Assembly (NCBI GenBank): GCA_029269845.2
Contig: CP149973.1
Location: 180,001 to 212,000 of the forward strand
From: Opitutia bacterium KCR 482
Lineage (GTDB): Bacteria > Verrucomicrobiota > Verrucomicrobiia > Opitutales > Intestinicryptomonadaceae
Length of the DNA stretch: 32,000 nt
Direction: 5' to 3'
The stretch's first letter is position 1, and each line of letters opens with the position of its first letter. Below the pieces are notes generated by a model. The model was given only the letters and a program-made list of their open reading frames with translations, ran no database searches and was not told the origin of the DNA. Below are positions 14,784-24,810 of this stretch, piece after piece. The translations under genes and the position numbers were made by a program.

Positions 14784-17531
14784 ATGAAGAAATATTATGC
14801 AATCTTTGCGGGGGCATTTGCGCTTGCCTGCGCGTCGTGCGTGTCGGGCGTTTTCACGGCGGGCGCGCCGACCGATTTGACTGTCGGCGAATTTTTCGAA
14901 AACCCGCTCGGCTATTCGCTTGAATCGCCGTCGTTTTCGTGGCGTTTGCCTGCGGGCGACGGGCAACGCCAGACCGCCTATCGGATTGTTGTTGCGGGCG
15001 AGCCGTCGATGTCGGCGGAATCCGTTGTGTGGGATTCGGGCAAGGTTGAATCGGCGCAAAATATAAAAGTGCCGTTCCCCAAAAGCGTGAAGTCGCGCGA
15101 AAAGCTTTACTGGAAAGTCCGCTTCTGGAACGCCGACGGCAAGCCGAGCGCGTGGTCTGCCGTCAACCATTTCGAGGCGGGGCTTGACTCCGCCGACTGG
15201 CGGGCGAGCTGGCTGTCGTCGTCCGACGAGCCGCAAGCCGCAGACAGAAAGTTCGACTTTCAGGAGCGTCAGGGCGTTCTGAAATACCGCAACGTTCCGC
15301 CGGCCTATTTCAGAAAGACTTTCGTGCTGAAAAAGGACGTCAAAAAGGCGCGCCTCTACCTCGCGTGCAGGGGGATTGCAAAGGCGCATGTCAATTCGGA
15401 GAAAATCGGCGACGACTATTGGTGCACGGGTTGGACCGAGTACCCGATACGCGTCCAGTCTACAAGCTACGACGTTTCCGAAAACCTCAGACGCGGCGCG
15501 AACGCAATCGGCGTCGAGCTTGCCGACGGCTGGTATTGCGGCATTCAGGCGTGGTGCTACCAGCTAAAAGGGCGCACGTCGCTCAACCGCTACAAGCCCG
15601 ACTTCATTTTACAGCTCGAAATCGAATACGCCGACGGCACACTCGAAACCCTGCTCAGCGACGCTTCGTGGAAATTCTCCTACGGCGCGAGGCTCGACGC
15701 CGACATCTACAACGGCGAAAAATACGACGCCCGCCGCGAGTTCGGCGCGTGGGTTTCCGCCGATTTCGACGACTCCTCGTGGCGCAAGCCCGCTGTCGAA
15801 CAACGCTCGGAAACTCCGCTCATCGAGCCGCGCCGCTGCGAGCCGATTCTCTGCACCGACACATTCAAACCCGTGTCGATTCGCAAGACGGGCGAAGGCG
15901 TTTTCATTGTCGATTTCGGGCAGAACTTTGCAGGCATAGAACGCCTGAACTTCCCGTCGCTTCCGTCGGGCACGTCAATCAAAGTGCGTTGCGCCGAAAT
16001 TTTGAAGCCCGACGGCTCTTTCCACACCGAAAACTACCGCTCGGCGGAATCGACCGACGTCTACATTTCAAACGGAAAACCCTTCGTTTGGGAGCCCGCC
16101 TTCACATACCACGGTTTCAGATATTTGGAGCTTAGCGGGCTGCCCGCAGACTTCGAGCTTAAACCCGAACACATTGCGGGTCTTGCGCTCCGCACCGCCG
16201 CGCGAATGGCTGGCGGCTTCGAGTGTTCCGACCCCCTCATAAACCGACTGCAAAGCAATATCCAGTGGGGACAGCGCAGCAACTTCTTTTCGACCCCCAC
16301 CGACTGCCCCCAGCGCGACGAGCGCATGGGCTTCACGGGCGACGTGCAGGTGTTCATGTCAACCGCGCTTTACAACATGAACCTCGACGCGTTCTTCGTC
16401 AAGTGGACGACCGACCTAATCGACGCGCAGGGCGAAGACGGCATCTACCCGTACTTTGCGCCGAATCTGCCGAAGTATTTGTACGCAACCCCGGGGTGGT
16501 CGGACTGCGGCGTCACCGCGCCGTGGGACGTCTACCTTTTCTACGGCGACAAAAAAATCTTGGAGCGCAACTACGGCGGCATGGTCAAATGGGTGCTCTA
16601 CCAGCAGAAAAATTCCGACGGGCTGATAGCTCCCAACAGGGGAATCGGCGACTGGCTTCAACCCAACCCGAAGCCCAAAAAGCGCATGCACGGCAAACGC
16701 TACGCGCCCGACACCCCCGACGACCTCATCGGCACGGCGTACTTTGTCCGTACAGCCGACATTCTCTCGAAAACGGCGGCGGTCTTGGGCAGGGCGGAGG
16801 ATTCGCGCAAGTTCGCGCAACTCGCCGAAGACGTCCGCGCCGCGTACATCAAACGCTTTGTGTCGCCCGACGGCTCGGTTGTTTCGGACGCGCAAACGGC
16901 GTATCTGATGACGCTCTCGAACGACATAATAAGAGACACCGCCCTGCGCGAAAAGTGCTTTGCAAAGCTTGTCGAAAGAATAGCCGCCGACGGCTACCAG
17001 CTGAACACGGGCTTTCTCGGCACTCCGCTGCTCAACCCAACGCTCTCGCGCTTCGGGCGCAACGACATTGCGTTCAGGCTGATGACGAACCGCACAATGC
17101 CCTCGTGGCTCTACGCCGTAGACAACGGCGCGACCACCATTTGGGAAACATGGGCGGGCGAGCCCGACATGTCGTTCAACCACTACGCGTACGGCGCGAT
17201 TGGCGAATGGCTTTACAGATACATCGGCGGGCTGTGGCTCGACGAATCCGCGCCCGCGTTCAGGAACATAATTTTTGCCCCGAAGCTCGACGGCGTTTCG
17301 CTAAGCTACGCAAAAACTTTCCATATCACCCCCAACGGAAAGGCGGAAAGCTCGTGGCGCAAAACCCCGAACGGGCTTGTGTGGGACATCGCAATTCCGC
17401 CTAACTCCACGGGCACGATAGAGCTTCCGTGCTCCGACGCGTCAAAGGCGAAGCTCGACGGCAAGCCCGTAGATTCGCTCGTGATAAAGAATGTCGCGAG
17501 CGGCTCGCACAGGGTCGAAATCGCGAAATAG
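14784..17531 (+). CDS. Alpha-L-rhamnosidase, glycoside hydrolase family 78, secreted
   Basis: 915 aa with an N-terminal signal peptide (MKKYYAIFAGAFALACASC). The block STPTDCPQRDERMGFTGDVQVF matches the characteristic GH78 catalytic-domain motif (DCPQRDER-GWTGD). Size and domain order (N-terminal beta-sandwiches, six-hairpin domain, C-terminal beta domain) fit bacterial rhamnosidases. Confidence 0.88.
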   Translation: MKKYYAIFAGAFALACASCVSGVFTAGAPTDLTVGEFFENPLGYSLESPSFSWRLPAGDGQRQTAYRIVVAGEPSMSAESVVWDSGKVESAQNIKVPFPKSVKSREKLYWKVRFWNADGKPSAWSAVNHFEAGLDSADWRASWLSSSDEPQAADRKFDFQERQGVLKYRNVPPAYFRKTFVLKKDVKKARLYLACRGIAKAHVNSEKIGDDYWCTGWTEYPIRVQSTSYDVSENLRRGANAIGVELADGWYCGIQAWCYQLKGRTSLNRYKPDFILQLEIEYADGTLETLLSDASWKFSYGARLDADIYNGEKYDARREFGAWVSADFDDSSWRKPAVEQRSETPLIEPRRCEPILCTDTFKPVSIRKTGEGVFIVDFGQNFAGIERLNFPSLPSGTSIKVRCAEILKPDGSFHTENYRSAESTDVYISNGKPFVWEPAFTYHGFRYLELSGLPADFELKPEHIAGLALRTAARMAGGFECSDPLINRLQSNIQWGQRSNFFSTPTDCPQRDERMGFTGDVQVFMSTALYNMNLDAFFVKWTTDLIDAQGEDGIYPYFAPNLPKYLYATPGWSDCGVTAPWDVYLFYGDKKILERNYGGMVKWVLYQQKNSDGLIAPNRGIGDWLQPNPKPKKRMHGKRYAPDTPDDLIGTAYFVRTADILSKTAAVLGRAEDSRKFAQLAEDVRAAYIKRFVSPDGSVVSDAQTAYLMTLSNDIIRDTALREKCFAKLVERIAADGYQLNTGFLGTPLLNPTLSRFGRNDIAFRLMTNRTMPSWLYAVDNGATTIWETWAGEPDMSFNHYAYGAIGEWLYRYIGGLWLDESAPAFRNIIFAPKLDGVSLSYAKTFHITPNGKAESSWRKTPNGLVWDIAIPPNSTGTIELPCSDASKAKLDGKPVDSLVIKNVASGSHRVEIAK

Positions 17532-17537
17532 ATTCGC

Positions 17538-17568
17538 AACGCCGAGCCTTTGCGGGTTCGGCGTTTTA
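17538..17568 (+). terminator. Intrinsic terminator after the GH78 gene
   Basis: AACGCCGA (17538-17545) / TCGGCGTT (17558-17565) followed by TTTATC. Confidence 0.5.
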
Positions 17569-17578
17569 TCTGCAATAA

Positions 17579-17619
17579 ACAAAAAAAAGGACGCCGCGTC
17601 CGCGGTGTCCTTTTGTTTT
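17579..17619. terminator. Bidirectional intrinsic terminator between convergent genes
   Basis: GGACGCCGCG (17589-17598) / CGCGGTGTCC (17601-17610), 10 bp with one G-U pair, flanked by A8 upstream and TTTTGTTTT downstream. Confidence 0.7.
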
Positions 17620-17637
17620 GCCGAATGCGTTTGACGC

Positions 17638-19446
17638 TTAGAAAAGCCTGCTCCAAAACGACGGCTTGAAAAGCCCGTACGACTTCGCCTTTACCGTCTC
17701 GCCCCGATATTCGAATGGAACGTCGCGGTAGTTGCAGAGCACTTTCTCGCCGTTCGAGTACTTGACAAGAAAAACGTCTTTTGCGATTTCGCGGTGGTCT
17801 TCGATGAACTGGAATTGCAGGTGGCGGAGTTTCATGTAGTCGTCGTACGCGCGTTTCATGGGCGCGAAGTCGGCGTTGTTGTAGTCTATGTAGTAGAACG
17901 TTGGCCTGCCGCCGAATTCAATCATTTTCAGATAGCGGTTTTCGGTCGAGCCGAGGTAGTTGAAAGACTCGTTGCTGTCGGAAAACTTCTCCGTATTGTG
18001 CGGGTAGGACGCGTCTATTGTGGCGTAGAACGGCCCGCCGCTCATGATTATTCCGTGGTAGACAACCTGCCAGAGCGGAACGGAGGTTTTGACGAATTTA
18101 GGATTTTTGAAATCGCCGCCGACCCAATCGACATACAGCGCGTAGTCGGTAGCCCCCGCGATGTGGTCTATGCCGCCCTCGCTGCTGAAACCTCCGAAAG
18201 CGTCGATGTACTTTTGCGAAACCCTGCGCTGCCATTCCGCCATTTCCTTTCTGTTGTTGGGGTGGAGCGGATTGTTGCAGGTTGCGGGCGGGCGCGCCGT
18301 CGTAACGTCGACGTGCATTACGCCGTCGATTCCCAGACGCTTTATGCCCGCGATGTCTTCGTCGAGCCACCTGTCGTGGACGACCTGAAAGCATGTGAAG
18401 TAGACCTGCCCGCCGGGGAGCACGGTGTATTTGAATTCGTTGCCCTTTTCGTCCCAAGCAACGTCCAGCTTGTTGTAGCGCGACGCCGACTGCACGGCGT
18501 CGTGGTTGTTGCCGTGCAGTGTCATTTGGAAACCGAGTTTTTTGCCGAAATCGATAGTCTCAACCATGCCCTTTTCGCCGCCAAGCTCTTGGGGAATCGG
18601 GAAGAGGTCGGGGTAGGGGCCGTCGTGCCCGCCTTTCTGCCAGCCCACAAAGCAGAATTCGACGTCGTCCATGCCCGCCTTTTTTATGCGGTCGAGAATC
18701 TTGCGCCCGTCTTCGAACGTGTACTGGACGGTCATGGGAATCTTCGCCCATTCCGAGTAGGGCACACCCCTGCGCACGCGCGTTGAAAATTTGACGCGCA
18801 CATATATTGAGTCCGCCGCCTTTTTCAGGCTCTTGCTGTCCTTGACCCTCTCGGCAAGCGGGCGCACCTCGCCGCGCGAAAGCTGGTAGTTGCGGTAGAC
18901 CTTTCCGACGTCCACATAGCTTGCGCCGTTGCCGAGCTTGTAGAAGTCTACCACGATGTCCTCGTAGGGGTCGCAGCGGATTTCCTTGATTTTGAAGCGC
19001 GGGAAGACTTCGTAGTTGCCGCCCGACGCCTCCGCCGTAGGCTCGAATTCAAGCCCCAAGCCCTTTACGACGACCGCCGCGCTTCCGCGGGGAGTCTTGA
19101 AGCCGAACAGCGGCATGCGTCGGCGGCACGAATATTTGCCGCTATCCTGCGTGAATTCTACAAGCGAGCCGTCCGCCAAGACGTACCAGCCGGCCTCGCC
19201 TTTTTTTGCCTTTGCGGCGTCGGCGACTACGTCGAGATACAGCGCGCCGCGCGGAATTTCGCGGACGGGTATTTTCACGCGGCGGACATCGCCGCCGTCG
19301 GGATTTTCGGCGGGTCTTTCCGCCTTTACTTGACGCGTTGAAACTTTGCCGTCGGGCATTGTGATTCGTATTGTCGCGGTATCGAGCGCGAACGCCGACG
19401 CCGCGCACAATGCCGCAAAAATCCCCGTTAATAATTTTTTGACCAT
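17638..19446 (-). CDS. Secreted hypothetical protein, probable TIM-barrel-type glycoside hydrolase (possibly DUF5696-like; family not confidently recognised)
   Basis: ORF 17638..19530. The ATG at 19446 gives the signal peptide MVKKLLTGIFAALCAASAFA. Blocks FCFVGWQKGGHDGPYPDLFPIP, LGIDGVMHVDVTT and VPLWQVVYHGIIMSG resemble GH31-like/DUF5696-type carbohydrate-active proteins. It sits among GH genes. Confidence 0.55.
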   Translation of the reverse strand: MVKKLLTGIFAALCAASAFALDTATIRITMPDGKVSTRQVKAERPAENPDGGDVRRVKIPVREIPRGALYLDVVADAAKAKKGEAGWYVLADGSLVEFTQDSGKYSCRRRMPLFGFKTPRGSAAVVVKGLGLEFEPTAEASGGNYEVFPRFKIKEIRCDPYEDIVVDFYKLGNGASYVDVGKVYRNYQLSRGEVRPLAERVKDSKSLKKAADSIYVRVKFSTRVRRGVPYSEWAKIPMTVQYTFEDGRKILDRIKKAGMDDVEFCFVGWQKGGHDGPYPDLFPIPQELGGEKGMVETIDFGKKLGFQMTLHGNNHDAVQSASRYNKLDVAWDEKGNEFKYTVLPGGQVYFTCFQVVHDRWLDEDIAGIKRLGIDGVMHVDVTTARPPATCNNPLHPNNRKEMAEWQRRVSQKYIDAFGGFSSEGGIDHIAGATDYALYVDWVGGDFKNPKFVKTSVPLWQVVYHGIIMSGGPFYATIDASYPHNTEKFSDSNESFNYLGSTENRYLKMIEFGGRPTFYYIDYNNADFAPMKRAYDDYMKLRHLQFQFIEDHREIAKDVFLVKYSNGEKVLCNYRDVPFEYRGETVKAKSYGLFKPSFWSRLF

Positions 19447-19657
19447 CGTTATATTTATTGTTTGCGTTGTTGTTTTTAGCAGAGCGTTAAAATGCGCAGA
19501 AATCAAACACGCGCACGCGTTTTTTGTCAACTTATTAACGGCGGATTCCTCCCGACAAACGCCAATTTACTCTTTACAAACTCGACGTTCGCTCTATTAA
19601 TTTTAGGCGTATTAACCTACGGCGCATAAACACAAAGAGAAACAAACAATACTATAT

Positions 19658-22600
19658 ATGAAAAAACTATTATTTGCCGCGCTTTTTGCGTGGGCTGGGG
19701 CATCGTTTGCGGCGGAGTGGCATTTTCCGCTGTATCTTGACGGCGGAGTTCCCGCGGCAAACAGAATTGCCGTGGACATTACAAACAAGGGAACGAAGCC
19801 CGCCGACGGCGACATTCTCAAAATTCCCGCGTCCGAGCTCGGGCTTGTCGGCAAAAAGAAAAAGTCGATAAGGGTAGTCGGCGCAAACGGCAACGAGCTT
19901 CTCTGGGCTGTGTCTCCCGACGCGGAGAGAATCGGCAAAAAAGCGTCGATTGTAGTTCCCGTCGAATGCGCCCCGCAAGGCTCTACGCGCGTCTGGATTT
20001 ACTACAACGCCCCCGCCGCGCTCGAACAGCCCGACTACCTTGCCGTAGACAACGTGCTGTTCAAAGAGTCTTTCGAAAAGATGAAGTCTTTTGAAGAGGG
20101 CGGCTGGACGCAAAAGGACACCGACGAAAACCACGTCAATTCAATCACGACAAAATACGCCCATAAAGGCAAAAAATCCGTCCACACGCACGTAAAGGAG
20201 GGCTCGACGCCGAACTGGGTTGCGGTAAAGCGCACGTTCACGGTTTCGCCGTCAAAGGGCAGGGTCTCGATGTGGCTGAAATCGGAAAACGCGGTTGTCG
20301 AGAAAAACCACAGGGGCGTAAGCTTCTACGTCGCGCTCTTCCCGACCGAACGCGGAAAGAAAATCCTCTTTTTCTCTCCCAAAGTATGCCTGCGCGGAAC
20401 GACGGACTGGACAAAAGCCGAGGCGTTTGTGGAAATTCCCGAAGGCTACAAAACAATGGCAATCGGAACCGTCGCGCAAATTTCGGGCGGCGACGCGTAC
20501 TTCGATTCGGTGAATCTCGAATTCAAAAACGACGGCGTGGAGCTTGCGTACGCGCTCAACAAGCCCGAAAAGCTTTCGATTGAAAAAATACCCGAAGCCG
20601 ACACTTGGGACGTTTCGCCCGACGAATACGATGTCCGCATGGTGTCGTCGGTCTACAACCTTTCCGAAAAACCGTCGATGGCGGGCTTGGGGTATATCCC
20701 GATTAAGCGCGTGTCGGCTGGCAATTTTTCGCAGTCCGACTTCGCGTTCTTCCGCGGCGGCAAAAAAGTGGATTTCATGCTGATGGGCGACTATATGCTC
20801 TTCGCCGTAGACCCAATCGCCCAGAAGTCCGAAATCCAATACTCGCTTTATTTCAAGCGCGACAGAAAAAACCAAATCGTGCAAACGGGCGGCACAAAGC
20901 AGTCGAGCTACGTCATGAGCGACCAGCAGGCGAACACCCGCACGGTTGTAGACGACGCGGCGTTCGAAAAAATCGTGGCGTCGCCCTCGAACATGCTCAA
21001 AAACCCCGTTTTTGCAAACGGGCTTGACTCGTGGCGAAAACGCGTGGAAACAAGCGACGAAGGCGCGGTCGTGGACGCCGACGGCAAAAAGGCGTTCCAC
21101 CTCAAAATAACAAAAGACGACAAAAAATGGTACGGCGTGTACCAGAATATCGACGTGCCGCGCGGCTCGTACATCTATCTTGCAAAGCTGAAATCGAAGA
21201 ACAAGACGGTAAGGATTCCGAGGCTTAGCCACTACAAGCGCGGCGGCAAGCAGCCGACATACCTGATGACGAAAACCGATGCCTCGGACGACTGGCAGTA
21301 CAGCGCGCTCATCTCGCAAAACCGCTTCGACAGGGGAATATACACGGTAAACATCAACGAGTCGGGCGAGACCGACTGCCTTGTGTCGTCGGTCTATTTC
21401 GGCTCGGTGCGCCGCGCGGAAAACTACGATTACAGAACCGCGTTCGACGACGGCAAAAACGGAAAACTCGCCGCGTGGCAGGTAAATTCCGTCGCCAAGG
21501 TTTTCCCGTTCTACGCGCCGCCCGCAAAGAAAACTGCGGCGAAAATTTCGCTCGCCCGCAACGAGGTAGAAAACCTGCAACTCGCAGTACGCGCAAATAC
21601 GCGCCTGAACGGAACGGAAATATGCGTCTCCGAAGCGGTCTCGGCTGACGGCTCGAAGCTGTCGGCTTCGCAGACGGCGGTCGCGGGCTATGTGGTCGTA
21701 GACTCGAAGTCGAACTACTACGGATTCTCGGAGCTGAAATTCCACGAGCTTTGCGTGCCGCCGAACTCCATGGCGGAAGTCTATCCCGACCCGATTATTC
21801 CGCAAAAGACAATCGACCTTTCGCCGAACAAAACGGAGTCGGTCTGGATTGAATTCAAGGCGGACGAAAACACGAAAGCGGGCGTCTACAAAGGGACTGT
21901 CGAATTCAAGGCGGACGGCAAGGTTGTGGGCGCAGTCCCCTACGAGGTCAACGTGTTCGATTTCACGCTACCGAAAAACACCCACCTCATGGCTCTTTTC
22001 GACAAGCGCAGCGAGGGCAGCAGCGGAACATGGCGTCAGCCCGCCACCCAGAGGGGCATTCACAACAAATTCTACGACCGCACCGCGCTCCAACGCTTCA
22101 TGGCGACAAAACGCGTCTCGGTGGACTCGCACGACCGCCTTTCGTTCAAAATCGAGAACGGCAAATATTCCGCCGATTTCACCGAGTTCGACAAGTTCTG
22201 CAAGCTCTCGTTCGACGAGCTCGGACTGCCGATGATGTACCTGATGCTTCTGCCGGGGCACGCGTTCGGCATGCCGATTCCGAAGGTGGACGGCAAGGCT
22301 CCCTACGACACAAAATGGCCGTATACCGACACAAAAGACTACTCAAAACTTTCGCCCGAATTCGTCAACGCGGTATCGCAGCGTGTTAAGCTTGTCTTCG
22401 ACCATATCCGAGAAAAGGGCTGGGCAAAAAACTTCATTCTGTTCATGTCGGACGAGCCGTATTATTGGAACAAGAACGTAGCAGACATGCTCAACGCGTA
22501 CTTCGGGCTTATCCACAAAAACGCCCCCGACGCCCGCGTCTACACAAGCACGTGGGGCTACGCCGAACCGCTCGAAAAGCAGGTCGATGTCTGGGGGCTG

Positions 22601-23182
22601 AACGTCTCGGCGGCGGCGACGCCCGCGGAAATCGTAAAAATCGACAAACAGGGACAGCAAAAAGTGTTCACAACCGACGGCAACTATTGCATAGACACTC
22701 CCTACAACGCGCAGGAACGCATGATGGCGGCGTTCTGCTTCGCGGGCGGATTCCTCGGCTACGAATACTGGGGGGTTGACTGGTACATGCAGAACCCGTT
22801 TAAATGGGGCATGCACAAAGACAGAATCAGCGCGCCAGCCCCGGGAATCAAGCGGCGCAACCGCTTTCCGAACGGCGACGGCTACTTCATCTACACGGGC
22901 GAAATCATCGGCCGCAACGAGATTTTCTCTTCGGTTAGAATGGAGTCTGTCCGCGACGGACAGGAAGACTTCGAATACTTCGTCATGCTCGACAAGCTCG
23001 CAAAGGAAACGGGCGACAAAGACGCGCTCGCTACGGTAGAAAAGATAAAGTCGTACGCAGTCTACCCGAACCCCGGAGCGAGAAACTCCGCCGAAATGAT
23101 GCCCGACCCCGACGCCTACACAATCACACTGCGCGAAGAGGTCGCAAGGCAAATCGAAAGGCTGTCAAAGCTCAAAAAGTAG
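19658..23182 (+). CDS. Large secreted multidomain protein with a C-terminal DUF4091-like putative glycoside hydrolase domain
   Basis: 1174 aa with signal peptide MKKLLFAALFAWAGASFA. The mid-region has CBM-like beta-sandwich stretches (NPVFANGLDSWRK...). The C-terminal part has SVRMESVRDGQEDFEYFVML, which I associate with DUF4091. Confidence 0.65.
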   Translation: MKKLLFAALFAWAGASFAAEWHFPLYLDGGVPAANRIAVDITNKGTKPADGDILKIPASELGLVGKKKKSIRVVGANGNELLWAVSPDAERIGKKASIVVPVECAPQGSTRVWIYYNAPAALEQPDYLAVDNVLFKESFEKMKSFEEGGWTQKDTDENHVNSITTKYAHKGKKSVHTHVKEGSTPNWVAVKRTFTVSPSKGRVSMWLKSENAVVEKNHRGVSFYVALFPTERGKKILFFSPKVCLRGTTDWTKAEAFVEIPEGYKTMAIGTVAQISGGDAYFDSVNLEFKNDGVELAYALNKPEKLSIEKIPEADTWDVSPDEYDVRMVSSVYNLSEKPSMAGLGYIPIKRVSAGNFSQSDFAFFRGGKKVDFMLMGDYMLFAVDPIAQKSEIQYSLYFKRDRKNQIVQTGGTKQSSYVMSDQQANTRTVVDDAAFEKIVASPSNMLKNPVFANGLDSWRKRVETSDEGAVVDADGKKAFHLKITKDDKKWYGVYQNIDVPRGSYIYLAKLKSKNKTVRIPRLSHYKRGGKQPTYLMTKTDASDDWQYSALISQNRFDRGIYTVNINESGETDCLVSSVYFGSVRRAENYDYRTAFDDGKNGKLAAWQVNSVAKVFPFYAPPAKKTAAKISLARNEVENLQLAVRANTRLNGTEICVSEAVSADGSKLSASQTAVAGYVVVDSKSNYYGFSELKFHELCVPPNSMAEVYPDPIIPQKTIDLSPNKTESVWIEFKADENTKAGVYKGTVEFKADGKVVGAVPYEVNVFDFTLPKNTHLMALFDKRSEGSSGTWRQPATQRGIHNKFYDRTALQRFMATKRVSVDSHDRLSFKIENGKYSADFTEFDKFCKLSFDELGLPMMYLMLLPGHAFGMPIPKVDGKAPYDTKWPYTDTKDYSKLSPEFVNAVSQRVKLVFDHIREKGWAKNFILFMSDEPYYWNKNVADMLNAYFGLIHKNAPDARVYTSTWGYAEPLEKQVDVWGLNVSAAATPAEIVKIDKQGQQKVFTTDGNYCIDTPYNAQERMMAAFCFAGGFLGYEYWGVDWYMQNPFKWGMHKDRISAPAPGIKRRNRFPNGDGYFIYTGEIIGRNEIFSSVRMESVRDGQEDFEYFVMLDKLAKETGDKDALATVEKIKSYAVYPNPGARNSAEMMPDPDAYTITLREEVARQIERLSKLKK

Positions 23183-23215
23183 CATTCCTCCCGACAAAAA
23201 CAGGGCGACCATCAC

Positions 23216-23251
23216 ACAACAGCGCGGCTTAGCTCCGCGCCGTTGTTTTTA
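23216..23251 (+). terminator. Intrinsic terminator after the DUF4091-like gene
   Basis: ACAACAGCGCGG (23216-23227) / CCGCGCCGTTGT (23235-23246), 12 bp with one mismatch, followed by TTTTTAT. Confidence 0.7.
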
Positions 23252-23277
23252 TAAAAATGCGTTCCCTTTGCGGAGAT

Positions 23278-24558
23278 TTATTCTTCCGAATTTTCCAGAC
23301 GCTTTACAATTACTTTGTCGATTCTCGCGCCGTCCATATCGGCAATTTCGAACTCGAATCCGCCCCACTGGGCAATTTCCCCCGCGCGGGGAATGTGTTT
23401 TAATACCGAAAGAATCAATCCCGCAACGGTATTGTATTCGGCGTTTTCTCCGTCGTCCTCGACATCGAAGAAAATCAGAAAATCGTGAAACGGGCACTGC
23501 CCGTCCACAAGAAATGTGCCGTCGCGACGTTTGACTATATCCGTTTCTTCGTCGGCTTCGGGCATATCGCCGAGCACGGCGTCGATAATGTCGTTTAGCG
23601 TTACCATTCCGAGCGTTACGCCGAACTCGTTTGAAATTATGGCGTTTTTGAGCCGCAACTCGCGCATTTGTTCGAGCGCGCTGTAAACCTGCGTGTCCTC
23701 TTTGAAAAAATGGGCGGGCTTGACAACAGAAAGCACCGAAAAATTCGGATTGCCGAGTTTGCCGAAGAGGGATTCCAGCTTTACCGTTCCGATTATATCG
23801 TCGAGCGAGCCTCCGCGCGTTATCGGATACACCGAATGCTGGGTCTTCTCCACGATTTCCGAAATCTCCGCGTTTGAAAGCGATATATCTATGCTTTTCA
23901 TGGCGTTTCGCGGGGTCATTATCGATTCCACGCATCTGTCGCCGAGCGTAAAAACGCGTTCTACGATGTTGCGCTCCACGGGTTGGACTTCTCCGTCGGA
24001 TTCGCCTTCTTCGATTAGGGATTTTATTTCGCGTTCGGTGACTTTCGATTTTACGTTTTTTATCCCCAAAAGCCCGAGCACCGCCGAACTCGATTTGCCG
24101 AGAATCCAGACAAACGGCGCGGTTGCGACGGAAAGCGCGGTCATTGCGCCCGACACAAGCTTCGCCACTTTTTCGGGCGCGGCAAGTCCGATTCGCTTGG
24201 GGACGAGTTCTCCGAAAACCAAAGTTAAATAGGTTGCGGCAAGCAAAACCGCCGCCTGCCCGCCGAAAACCGCCCAGCTTGCGGGTATTCCGAGCTCGCG
24301 CAGGCGCGCTCCGAGCTTTCCCGCTATTGCGTCGCCCGAATAAATGCCCGTGAGAATTCCGATAAGGGTAATTCCGATTTGGACGGTCGAAAAAAACCTT
24401 TCGGGGTTTTCGGCGAGTTCAATGGCGCGCTTTGCCGATTTACTTCCGCGTTTTGCGTCCGCCGCCAGATTTGCCTTGCGAAGCGACACAAGGGCTATTT
24501 CCGACATTGCGAGTATTCCGTTTGAAATTATCAGGACGGCGATTATAACAAATTCCAT
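23278..24558 (-). CDS. CNNM/CorC-HlyC family protein (DUF21 transmembrane domain, CBS pair, CorC_HlyC domain)
   Basis: ORF 23278..24585 starts with TTG. The ATG at 24558 (MEFVIIAVLIISNGILAMSEIALVS) is the typical family N-terminus. The C-terminus GEIAQWGGFEFEIADMDGARIDKVIV matches the CorC_HlyC transporter-associated domain. Confidence 0.85.
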   Translation of the reverse strand: MEFVIIAVLIISNGILAMSEIALVSLRKANLAADAKRGSKSAKRAIELAENPERFFSTVQIGITLIGILTGIYSGDAIAGKLGARLRELGIPASWAVFGGQAAVLLAATYLTLVFGELVPKRIGLAAPEKVAKLVSGAMTALSVATAPFVWILGKSSSAVLGLLGIKNVKSKVTEREIKSLIEEGESDGEVQPVERNIVERVFTLGDRCVESIMTPRNAMKSIDISLSNAEISEIVEKTQHSVYPITRGGSLDDIIGTVKLESLFGKLGNPNFSVLSVVKPAHFFKEDTQVYSALEQMRELRLKNAIISNEFGVTLGMVTLNDIIDAVLGDMPEADEETDIVKRRDGTFLVDGQCPFHDFLIFFDVEDDGENAEYNTVAGLILSVLKHIPRAGEIAQWGGFEFEIADMDGARIDKVIVKRLENSEE

Positions 24559-24810
24559 AAAGTCCGCTGAATAGTACCTGCGCAAAATTTCGAGTCAAGA
24601 AAACTTTGACAGAAGCAGGGCGTTATTTGAATACCCCAGACATTATCGTAATTTTTCCCGAAAAACAACGGGCGGAAAGTGCGGGCAAAATATAGGCATA
24701 AAATCCAGACACCTCCGCGCCGAACAATTTTCTGTAAGTTTCAAAGAAAATGTTGGAAAAAGATTGAAATTTATTTGGGCGTTTGTACATTAAATTCCGT
24801 CAAACGATTT

